Position numbers and translations under genes: made by a program. DNA of 64,000 bases from a virus, in IMG/VR virus record IMGVR_UViG_3300047409_000266, positions 32,529 to 96,528 of that record. One strand, given 5' to 3'. Below the pieces are notes generated by a model. That model did not search any database. It was given only the letters and a program-made list of their open reading frames with translations, and was not told the origin of the DNA. Position 1 is the first letter of the stretch; every line of letters begins with the position of its first letter. This document shows positions 36,596 to 45,105 of this stretch, one piece after another.

Positions 36596-36842
36596 GCGAT
36601 CGCTTCTAGCGTGGCTCGGACTTGCGCCAGTCGCGGCCGTGGTGGCAAAGCCGATGGCTGCAGAAACCATGTCAGCCGTAGTCCCAATTCCATGTTTGCC
36701 GGTCGGCACCATCATGGTAGTACCAAACCGCAAGTTCATCGTTTTTGATGGCGAGCGTTACGTCGATTTGGATAGCTTAGAAGGTGAAGCTGTCTGCAAC
36801 AAACTGATTACGGTCAAAAACCATGACGTCGATCAAGGTTGA
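36588..36842 (+). CDS. small protein with Tat-like signal
   Basis: MNRRSLL followed by a hydrophobic segment. Confidence 0.5.
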   Translation: MNRRSLLAWLGLAPVAAVVAKPMAAETMSAVVPIPCLPVGTIMVVPNRKFIVFDGERYVDLDSLEGEAVCNKLITVKNHDVDQG

Positions 36843-37122
36843 GCGCCAACAGGTCGAGCCCACCTACGACAAGCGCAAGATCACCGAATACGTCAACAAC
36901 ATCTACGCCAACAAGGGAGACTGGATTACCTGCGAGTGGGGGCACAAGATCGCCCGTTTTCAGGAGGACGTACAGCGCGGTACGCTATTCAATCCCGCCG
37001 CAATTGCGGAATGGACACAGCCGGAACCGATGGTCGGCGATGTCCCACCCAAGTGTGCTCAGTGCGGCTGCAACTTCTACATGGGTATGACGTTTCATTT
37101 TCGCGATGGGTGGAGAGTTTAA
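36823..37122 (+). CDS. hypothetical protein (Zn-binding motif)
   Basis: CEWGH...CAQCG. Confidence 0.55.
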   Translation: MTSIKVERQQVEPTYDKRKITEYVNNIYANKGDWITCEWGHKIARFQEDVQRGTLFNPAAIAEWTQPEPMVGDVPPKCAQCGCNFYMGMTFHFRDGWRV

Positions 37123-37637
37123 TGGGCCGGAAGCGGACCACGCCAGAGCCAACGCAAGCGCGGGTGAAGGAACTTTTCAATTACGACCAAGAGACAGGCT
37201 TGTTCACATGGCGCGTAAGTAGAAGCAACCGCGCTTCAGTAGGGGCGATTGCTGGCTATAAATGTGATCGCGGATATATCTGGATTGGTGTTGATCGCGT
37301 TGTCTATCTTGCACATCGTCTGGCGTGGCTTTGGATGGAAGGTGAGATGCCGGTTGAGATTGACCATGAGGATACGATCAAGAGCAACAATCGATGGGAC
37401 AATTTACGCAAGGCGACGCGCGGGCAGAACAATGTTAACGCTGATGCTCACAAAAATAGTATGACTGGCGTTAAGGGCGTCACCTTCATCCATGAAAATA
37501 AAGATCGCCCGTATCACGCTTATGCCTATCGTGATGGCGTGAGATATAGCTTTGGATACCATGCAACGCTTGAAGCAGCGCATGCGGCCCGCTTTGCTGG
37601 AGCAAAAACAGTGCATGGTGAATTTGCGAGGGCATGA
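37122..37637 (+). CDS. free-standing HNH homing endonuclease with AP2-like C-terminal domain
   Basis: YDQETGLFTW, AHRLAW, IDHEDxIKSNNRWDNLR, TGVKGV, HGEFAR. Confidence 0.88.
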   Translation: MGRKRTTPEPTQARVKELFNYDQETGLFTWRVSRSNRASVGAIAGYKCDRGYIWIGVDRVVYLAHRLAWLWMEGEMPVEIDHEDTIKSNNRWDNLRKATRGQNNVNADAHKNSMTGVKGVTFIHENKDRPYHAYAYRDGVRYSFGYHATLEAAHAARFAGAKTVHGEFARA

Positions 37638-37951
37638 CAATGACAGCACCGGTTTATCGTCCGCCGACTAAAGTTTCGACGAAAGTTATGCCGTATTTGG
37701 CGCTGGTGAGTCAGGCTGACCCGTCGTTCGAACATCGGAAACATCGAGAGACAGAATATGAGATGGCCTCTGGCAAGGCGTTTCTAGCAGACCCATACGT
37801 GCGTGGACTCTACAACCGCCGCTCCAACATTTACCCAGTCGGGCAGCCGCAGGGCGATCTTGATCCCGTAATCCAGGCAAACCTCAAGCCGACTGTTGGC
37901 GTTGCCGTGCCAGGGCTTTTTAAGGCAGTGCCGACTGGGAGTTGGGATTGA
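37634..37951 (+). CDS. hypothetical protein
   Basis: ORF track; coupled. Confidence 0.55.
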   Translation: MTMTAPVYRPPTKVSTKVMPYLALVSQADPSFEHRKHRETEYEMASGKAFLADPYVRGLYNRRSNIYPVGQPQGDLDPVIQANLKPTVGVAVPGLFKAVPTGSWD

Positions 37952-38162
37952 TGGCCAATCTCATCGTCATTCTTGACCCGACTGGCAAGACAATGATGCC
38001 GTCGCTCGACAAGATGCCGCCCGGCACGCGCTATGCTCAGATCCATATTGAAGATTTGCCGATCGACAAGATCGAGCAGAAGAAGCTCGCTGAGGAAGTC
38101 GCTGGCATCATGTTTGCCGGCCTAACGGCGTAGAACCGAACACACCACCGTAATTCAACCCG

Positions 38163-38184
38163 CCCGCCATGTGGCGGGTTTTTT
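38163..38184 (+). terminator. rho-independent terminator
   Basis: CCCGCCA-TG-TGGCGGG followed by TTTTTT. Confidence 0.75.
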
Positions 38185-38201
38185 ATTGGAAGGACACGCT
38201 A

Positions 38202-38819
38202 ATGGCTAAGACCACACTGAGAGCCCCAAATTTCTCACACATGCTTCCAAATACGGGGGATGGAACGGACGGCGGGGATAACTGGACGGCCGTTATCAAT
38301 GCTCTCAATACGATGATGACGGACCTCTATACCGGGGCAGTCACCGTTGGTGGATCGTCTACTGTCGCAAGAGGCCCAGAGCTTGTGCTGAGCAGCGATG
38401 TCACGCAGATCGGTTCGAGCGCGACAAACACCACGCAGACGCTAAAGAGCTACACGCTCGCCGCGAGCACCCTTGCCACCAACGGCAATAGAATCCAGGT
38501 CGTTGCCTGGGGTACGTTTGCCGGAAACGCTGCCCCAAAGACCATGCAGCTCAACTGGGGCGGCATGAACATCAACAATGGCGCTGTCACGCAAAGCGGT
38601 TCATCGTGGCAGATGACGGCCAATGTTTATCGAACGGCTGCGAATGCACAGACCGCGATATTCACAGGTGTTTCCGGTGGTGTGAATACCGCCACGAAGG
38701 CTACAACCGACACCTCCGTAGATACAGGAACCATCGGCATTTCCGTCCAAGGTCTCGATGCTTCCGCTGCGCAAAGCAACATCTTGACCAACGGTCTCGT
38801 CGTGTCGTTCTTCTCCTAA
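38202..38819 (+). CDS. putative fibre-type virion protein
   Basis: N-terminal NTGDGTDGGD...INxxxxxxxDLY anchor-like motif; T/S/G/A-rich body. Confidence 0.6.
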   Translation: MAKTTLRAPNFSHMLPNTGDGTDGGDNWTAVINALNTMMTDLYTGAVTVGGSSTVARGPELVLSSDVTQIGSSATNTTQTLKSYTLAASTLATNGNRIQVVAWGTFAGNAAPKTMQLNWGGMNINNGAVTQSGSSWQMTANVYRTAANAQTAIFTGVSGGVNTATKATTDTSVDTGTIGISVQGLDASAAQSNILTNGLVVSFFS

Positions 38820-38858
38820 GTCATTGACCATTAACTATCTACAGGGTACGAGGGCGGC

Positions 38859-40235
38859 ATGTGGTTTATGCCGTCTTATGGCCGCCCAGAGAGACTTCGC
38901 GACTTGCTCGACGCTCCGGGAGGTTGGCCATCTCAGGTCAATGTCCTCGTCAATAAAGACGACCCCGCCAGGGGAGAATACGAGAAGTACCTGCGATTCC
39001 CGGACAGACCGTGGATACTCGTTTCAATTCCCGCAGGCTCTCGCTGTGCTGACGCCCACCGCTTCATTACCAGTGAGTTTCCTGGCCAGCCATTCTACGG
39101 CCTTCTCTGCGACGACCATTGGCCGGTAACGCCCGGCTGGTGGAAGGCGATGGAGGAAGCGGCCGGTGATTGCTTCATTGTTGTGCCTAACGGAGAGCCA
39201 AACTTTCCGCTGTTCAGAAATGCCGGTGCTTTTGGTGGTGGTCTCGTCCGCGCGATGGGATCTCTCGTCCCGTGTGCAGTAAAGCACAATTTCGAGGACA
39301 ATCTTTGGGATACGGTCGCCAAGGATTTTGGCATCCTCAAGCCTCTGCCTGACGTCTTTGTTGAGCATAAACACTGGAGACACGGCACAGCCAAGAGAGA
39401 TATGACCTACGAACGCGGCTCCGCCGACTTTGAAAGTGACCGCGCAATCTTCCAGGAATGGATGGTAAGCAACGAGCGCGCGGAGATGAGCAAGCGCGTA
39501 GGCAAGTTTCTCGGCGTAACAGTTAGCACCATCGATCCGAAGAAGGTTAAGCTCTACATCGTGGTTCCGATTGGCGATGAGCATGTAGACGTCGGATATC
39601 ATAAATCGCTCAATAACACGATGGTAGAGCTCGCCCATCGTGGGTTCGATTGCCACATCATCGAAACGACTGGCGGTAGCAACGTAGGCAAGGCTCGCGA
39701 AAAGCTTTTGTGGGATGCTTGGCGTAAAAACCCAACCCACATCATGTTTATTGACGCAGACATGGGCTGGGAGACAGATCAGATTGTGCGTCTGATTACC
39801 GCAGATCACGAGTTCTCTTGCGTCGTCGGCGTTCGTAAGGCTGACGAAACCAAACTGTGCTGTAACTTCTTTCAAGACCCGCAGGAGTTTCACCCACATA
39901 CCAAGTTCCTCAAGATCAAGGACGTTGGCTTTGCCTTTGTGCTTCTCAAGGCATCCGTCATTGAAAAGATGTGCAAGGCATATCCGGCGCTGCGGTACAA
40001 CGCGGGCGACAATGAGGAATACGCACTGTTCATCGAAATGATTGACAAGCGCGAAGGAAAATACGGAGAGCGATTGTCCGAGGATTTCTCATTCTGCCGC
40101 CGTTGGCTCGGCATCGGCGGTGAGATTTGGTGTGATCCGGAAGCCGCTATCATCCACGCCGGCCGCAAGGAATACACCGGCAAGGTCTCCGATGTGTTCG
40201 AGATCAAGAAGCCAGCGGTAAAAGCGGTCGCTTAG
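38859..40235 (+). CDS. two-domain GT-A fold glycosyltransferase
   Basis: N-domain PSYGRP...LCDDH...FEDN; C-domain FIDADM (DXD), GFAFVL, SEDFSFC...HAG. Confidence 0.75.
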   Translation: MWFMPSYGRPERLRDLLDAPGGWPSQVNVLVNKDDPARGEYEKYLRFPDRPWILVSIPAGSRCADAHRFITSEFPGQPFYGLLCDDHWPVTPGWWKAMEEAAGDCFIVVPNGEPNFPLFRNAGAFGGGLVRAMGSLVPCAVKHNFEDNLWDTVAKDFGILKPLPDVFVEHKHWRHGTAKRDMTYERGSADFESDRAIFQEWMVSNERAEMSKRVGKFLGVTVSTIDPKKVKLYIVVPIGDEHVDVGYHKSLNNTMVELAHRGFDCHIIETTGGSNVGKAREKLLWDAWRKNPTHIMFIDADMGWETDQIVRLITADHEFSCVVGVRKADETKLCCNFFQDPQEFHPHTKFLKIKDVGFAFVLLKASVIEKMCKAYPALRYNAGDNEEYALFIEMIDKREGKYGERLSEDFSFCRRWLGIGGEIWCDPEAAIIHAGRKEYTGKVSDVFEIKKPAVKAVA

Positions 40236-40371
40236 GACATCTCACATGGCTAGCGTTGTTATGCCGTCGATCATATCGGCGGTCGCATACTATTTCAGGT
40301 GCTCGGTAAGCTATCGAGCGATGGCGATTAGCCTATCGCAGTGGCGAGATCAGAAGCCCAAAGGATAATCA

Positions 40372-40818
40372 ATGCCTCACGATCCTATCGACATCGGCCA
40401 AAAGATCCTGCTCAAGGATACCGCCGGTGGCAATGATCGCGTTGTACTGGAGAAGTACGAGGCGCCGGCAACGCCTGACAGTGGATACGCGCACGATCCA
40501 TATCGTGAGAAGGATCGCGAGGTTGCGGCCACAATGATGAAATGGCTCAACAAGCATTATCCTGGCCACCTGTGGGGCTGCATTGCCGATCTCGCGCAGG
40601 GCATTGTTAAATTCAATATCCCCATATTAATGGGGGTGAATCACTGGTGGGTCGTAAACCTTAAGACGCACGATGTCATCGAAGGCATGCATCTTGGCGC
40701 TGGCGAGATCCTCGAACGCTATAGGCTGGAGCGCGGGCGTTTCAACCTCGATAGCTTTCTCGACGCGCGCGAGAAGCACTCGGCTCTGGTCGTCCCGAAC
40801 CGTAAGGTTCCAAACTAA
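40372..40818 (+). CDS. conserved phage protein upstream of portal
   Basis: LNKHYPGHLW...AGEILERY. Confidence 0.6.
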   Translation: MPHDPIDIGQKILLKDTAGGNDRVVLEKYEAPATPDSGYAHDPYREKDREVAATMMKWLNKHYPGHLWGCIADLAQGIVKFNIPILMGVNHWWVVNLKTHDVIEGMHLGAGEILERYRLERGRFNLDSFLDAREKHSALVVPNRKVPN

Positions 40819-43358
40819 TGCTGACCGCTAAGCCGCACGGCGAAGATGGTACGGACGGAAACCGGGCACTTCCTGTTACGATCAACTCTGACGGTACCCC
40901 TCCTGGCGAGGACGGATTGACGCGCGGACTGGGCGAGCTTGAAAATAATGCACAGGAACAGGCCGCTGGTTCAAACGGTATCGAGGACGATGACGAGGAA
41001 TCAATCGACTTTCTGCACCTCATTCGCGAGGCGGAGTCTCAGGCGCTGCTATATGTTGCCCAAGTAAACAGGCGGGCATGGTCGCAATCGCTGCGCGCCT
41101 ACCACAACGAGCATTATGTTGGGTCGAAATACACCAGACCAGATTGGCGAGGCCGCTCAAAGCTATTTGTACCAAAGACGCGCGCGGCAGTTCGGAAGGA
41201 CTTAGCGGCGGTTGCTGCATCGCTGTTCAATAGCGTTGACGCTATTAACTGCACGGCTGGAAATGAAGGCGACCAACGTAACCGCGCATCTGCCGCGATT
41301 ATGCAGGAACTCGTCAACTACCGCACTGATCGCGCATCCGGCAAAGCAGCCTTTCCGTGGTTCCAAGTGGCCATGGGGTCTCGTCAGGATTCATTGTTGA
41401 CTGGCATCTGCGCCACAAAGCAGTGTTGGCGGCAGGAGTTTCGCAAGTCTCATACGGAGAACGTAGACAAGGAGCATGAAGAAACTGGCGAAGTGAGGTC
41501 GATGAAACGCGACGTCTACAAACTAGACGTCGATCGGCCGGATATGCTTCTGATCCCGCCTGAGAATATAGTGATCGATGCGGCCGCGGATTGGACAGAT
41601 CCAGCCCAAACCTCAGCATTTCTCATCATCAAATGGCCGATGCAGCTTGAGGAAATAAAGTCAAAACAGAATTCACCGGTCAACCCATGGAATCCGGTTT
41701 CCGAGGAAGTGCTCAAGAATTCGGTTGAGAGTGGCAAATTCGATATGGCGGCGATTCGCCGCGCTCGTGAAATGGGTCTTGATCGCCTCGACGAGACACA
41801 GACTGGAACACACTTCCAGATTATCTGGGTCTATGAGACATTTATGCGTGTCGATGGAGAAGATTACTGCTTCTATTCGGTTGGGGACAAAGCATATCTG
41901 ACAGATCCTTCGTTTGTACGCGATGTTTATCCAGAGCAATTTGGGGAGCGGCCTATCTCGATCGGTTACGGCTCGCTCGAGTCCCACCGCATTTATCCGA
42001 TGTCACCAGTTGAAAGCTGGCAACCGCTGCAGCTTGAGGTGAACGATCTTCGCAATTTGATGCTCGACGCCACCAAGCAGAATGTGATGCCGATCACTAA
42101 AGTGCGACGTGGGCGGCAAATCGATCTCGATCAGGTCAAGCGCCGGTCATCCGGTTCATCGATCATGGTCAACGACAAGGACGATGTGACTTGGGAAAAC
42201 CCGCCGCAGATGGGCACTGCCGGCGTTGAGATGACCCGCGAGCTTAACATCGAAATGGATGATGCCGCAGGCCAGCAGAACTATGGCACTGTCGCGGACC
42301 ACAATTCTCTCGGACGTACGCTCGGAGGTCTCAAGCTTGCCGCAGGCGCCGCCAATGCCGTACAGGAATACGACATTCGTGTATGGATTGAAACATGGGC
42401 GGTCAGAGCACTCTCCCAGATTGTGCGGCTTGAGCAGTATTACGAGAACGACACCATTGTGCTCGGGCTTGTCGGGCAGAAGGCCAAACTGTTCGAGAAG
42501 TACGGCATCAACCAGATTGACGATCAACTGCTTGAGCAGGACGTCACAGTTCGTGTCTCGGCCGGCCTCGGCTCTGGTGATCCGCAACAGCGCCTTGCAA
42601 AATTCCAGTCAGCAGCCTCGATTATAGGTCCGATCGCTCTCCAGTCGCCTCAGTTTCAAAAGGGCGAAATGGAGATCGATATAGAGGCGATGTGGACTGA
42701 GGTGTGGGGCGCGGCTGGCTACAAAGATGGCGGCGCACGATTTATCAAGATGAACCAAGGCCCTCGCCAAGATCCTATGGGCGATCTCAAGCAACAAGAG
42801 ATTATGGCCAAAATTCAAAAGGACAAGCTCACCGGTCAGGCTGCTTTCCTCACTGGAATTGCGAATATCGGTAAGGTGGCGCTCGGTAAGAGAGAACTGG
42901 AGGCCAACGTAGTTGACCAATTTATGGGCCGACAGCTAGACGCGCATACGCTCGGATTTGAGCATGGACATCGCCATAACGATCAGCATCTCTCTGCGGT
43001 GGATCATGGACATCGACATGGTTTGGCGATAGCTGACCATCGCCGGAATCTCGCCAACGACGCGCACGCTCAAGCCATGGCTAAGGCAGAGGCGCAGAAT
43101 CCGGATGGTGGGGGCGCTGAGACGGGCAATGCTGGACGCTCCTCCGCTGCGCCTAGTGCTGCTCCACAGGAACAGCCCTCCGCGTCCTCACCGCCCACAG
43201 CGCAGCCGGAACAGCAACCAACTCAGGCACTTATGCAGCTTATCCAGACTGGTAAGCTGGAATTTACCCGCGATCCTAAGACTGGGCGAATCTCAGGTAT
43301 CCGCATGCCGCAGCAGACTGGCGGAGGCCAATATCCAGCACTGGCAGGTCCGCGATGA
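40818..43358 (+). CDS. portal protein (podovirus-type)
   Basis: 846 aa; RSKLFVPKTR, IPPENIVID, EVNDLRNxxLD, Q/P/A-rich C-terminal tail; downstream of terL. Confidence 0.8.
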   Translation: MLTAKPHGEDGTDGNRALPVTINSDGTPPGEDGLTRGLGELENNAQEQAAGSNGIEDDDEESIDFLHLIREAESQALLYVAQVNRRAWSQSLRAYHNEHYVGSKYTRPDWRGRSKLFVPKTRAAVRKDLAAVAASLFNSVDAINCTAGNEGDQRNRASAAIMQELVNYRTDRASGKAAFPWFQVAMGSRQDSLLTGICATKQCWRQEFRKSHTENVDKEHEETGEVRSMKRDVYKLDVDRPDMLLIPPENIVIDAAADWTDPAQTSAFLIIKWPMQLEEIKSKQNSPVNPWNPVSEEVLKNSVESGKFDMAAIRRAREMGLDRLDETQTGTHFQIIWVYETFMRVDGEDYCFYSVGDKAYLTDPSFVRDVYPEQFGERPISIGYGSLESHRIYPMSPVESWQPLQLEVNDLRNLMLDATKQNVMPITKVRRGRQIDLDQVKRRSSGSSIMVNDKDDVTWENPPQMGTAGVEMTRELNIEMDDAAGQQNYGTVADHNSLGRTLGGLKLAAGAANAVQEYDIRVWIETWAVRALSQIVRLEQYYENDTIVLGLVGQKAKLFEKYGINQIDDQLLEQDVTVRVSAGLGSGDPQQRLAKFQSAASIIGPIALQSPQFQKGEMEIDIEAMWTEVWGAAGYKDGGARFIKMNQGPRQDPMGDLKQQEIMAKIQKDKLTGQAAFLTGIANIGKVALGKRELEANVVDQFMGRQLDAHTLGFEHGHRHNDQHLSAVDHGHRHGLAIADHRRNLANDAHAQAMAKAEAQNPDGGGAETGNAGRSSAAPSAAPQEQPSASSPPTAQPEQQPTQALMQLIQTGKLEFTRDPKTGRISGIRMPQQTGGGQYPALAGPR

Positions 43359-44890
43359 CCGAGGCGCGAGAGGAAACCAGAGACCTAACGATAGGTCAGG
43401 CTCTTGATCTTGGTGTGCAGTTTGCACTCGCTGGAAACCACGAAAGCGCGGTTGGTCTCTTTAGTGGCGTGCTGATGCACGAACCTGAGAACTTCGAAGC
43501 GATCGAGCGTCTGGGCTCATCATTTTTCGAGCTCAAGCGCTATCACGAAGCGCTCTACTGGTTCTGGCGCGGCCGCAAGATCGACCGCAAGCATCCTCTG
43601 GCGCTGACGAATTACGGGCTTTGCGTATCCCAGCTTGGACACTGGGAGGAAGGTGTTGTTGATCTCGAGCGCGCGGCGTTTCAGGCCGAACGCAAGAAAG
43701 ACATATCGATCGAAGCAAAGTCTTTGGTTTACAACAATCTCGGAAATACCTACGAGAAACTGCGCCGATATAAGGATGCGCTAGTTGCCCTCGATAAAAG
43801 CATCAGTATCAACCCGAGCGATCACTTTCCGCATTACAACCGCGGCATTGTGCTTCTGCGCCTCAACAGGCATCGAGAAGGCATCGATGCACTCAATCGT
43901 TCGCTCTCGATAAAGTCGAACGATCCTGACGCCATCTACAATCGTGGCATGGGTCGCCTTCTGCTCGGATACCTCAAGGGGGGATTTGAGGACTACGAAG
44001 CTCGCATGCTTACCTCAGAGAACAAGGTCATTAACCTTGGACTGCCGGCCGACAAGAAGCTCAAGAACATCGATCAGACTGTAGGCGCGCGCATCTTGGT
44101 TCACTGCGAGCAGGGCATCGGCGATGACATTCAATTTTTGCGGTTCTTGCCAGAGTTGCTGAAATGGACCGGGAAAGTGGTGGTTATCTGCCACAGCGCA
44201 ACGCGGCCGTTCTTCGAAGCAGTTCCTGGTGTTCGCGTTATGCCGACTGGTGCCAACCTCAAGGACGAATACGACTACTGGGTTCCATTAATGTCGCTGC
44301 CGCTAATCTTCGGTATCGATCACGAGAGCAAGATACCTGCACCCTGGCCGCCGCCGATCATGGCGGATCGGGTTGAGCAATGGCGGCGCACGATGGATTT
44401 GCCGTCGAGCACCATCAATGTCGGCGTGTGCTGGGCTGGGAACTTTCTCCATAAAAATGACGCGCATCGTTCGATCGCGCTAGAGGTTTTTGCCAAACTA
44501 TTCACGGCGCCCGGCTGCACATTCGTAAGTCTCCAGCAGATGCGGCCGGGAGAGACTGAGACTTTCGCCAAGCTCAAAGAAAAACATACAAATCTACGTG
44601 CCTACTGGTTTGATGATCTGCGCGATACAGCGGCAGCGATGTTCAACCTTGATCGTGTTATCTCGGTCGATACCGCGGTTGGACATCTTGCGGCTACGCT
44701 CGGCGTGCAGACTTCAATCCTTATCCCGGCCTTCGCGACAGATTGGCGCTGGCAATTAGAGCGGACTGATAGTCCTTGGTATCCGCGCGCAACACTATAC
44801 CGCCAGCAAACAATCGGCGATTGGGAAAATGTTATTACGCGCCTGCGCAACGAGCTCACAATATCTGCTGGTCAAAAGCGCGCAGCCTGA
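43355..44890 (+). CDS. TPR-repeat GT9-like glycosyltransferase
   Basis: TPRs then EQGIGDDIQFLRF, VGVCWAGN, VISVDTAVGHLA, DWRW...SPWYP. Confidence 0.85.
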   Translation: MTEAREETRDLTIGQALDLGVQFALAGNHESAVGLFSGVLMHEPENFEAIERLGSSFFELKRYHEALYWFWRGRKIDRKHPLALTNYGLCVSQLGHWEEGVVDLERAAFQAERKKDISIEAKSLVYNNLGNTYEKLRRYKDALVALDKSISINPSDHFPHYNRGIVLLRLNRHREGIDALNRSLSIKSNDPDAIYNRGMGRLLLGYLKGGFEDYEARMLTSENKVINLGLPADKKLKNIDQTVGARILVHCEQGIGDDIQFLRFLPELLKWTGKVVVICHSATRPFFEAVPGVRVMPTGANLKDEYDYWVPLMSLPLIFGIDHESKIPAPWPPPIMADRVEQWRRTMDLPSSTINVGVCWAGNFLHKNDAHRSIALEVFAKLFTAPGCTFVSLQQMRPGETETFAKLKEKHTNLRAYWFDDLRDTAAAMFNLDRVISVDTAVGHLAATLGVQTSILIPAFATDWRWQLERTDSPWYPRATLYRQQTIGDWENVITRLRNELTISAGQKRAA

Positions 44891-44913
44891 AATCAAATAG
44901 CTAGGACTCCGTT

Positions 44914-45105
44914 ATGCCTGGACCCAAAATGCTGGTGTGGGAAGGCAATGAAGAATGGCGCATGGATGCTGTAGATCAGCGCCGTTTCGGCGGCCCGACA
45001 TTTGCGCCTGTCCCACCAGTACCGCCAGGAAATGCCGAATTGCGTGCCGATCTGAGCATTGAATTGCGTGCTGATGGCGACCCAGAATTGAGAGCCGGTA
45101 TATGA
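44914..45105 (+). CDS. small adaptor-like virion peptide
   Basis: ELRAD repeats at C-terminus; overlaps tailspike start. Confidence 0.5.
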   Translation: MPGPKMLVWEGNEEWRMDAVDQRRFGGPTFAPVPPVPPGNAELRADLSIELRADGDPELRAGI

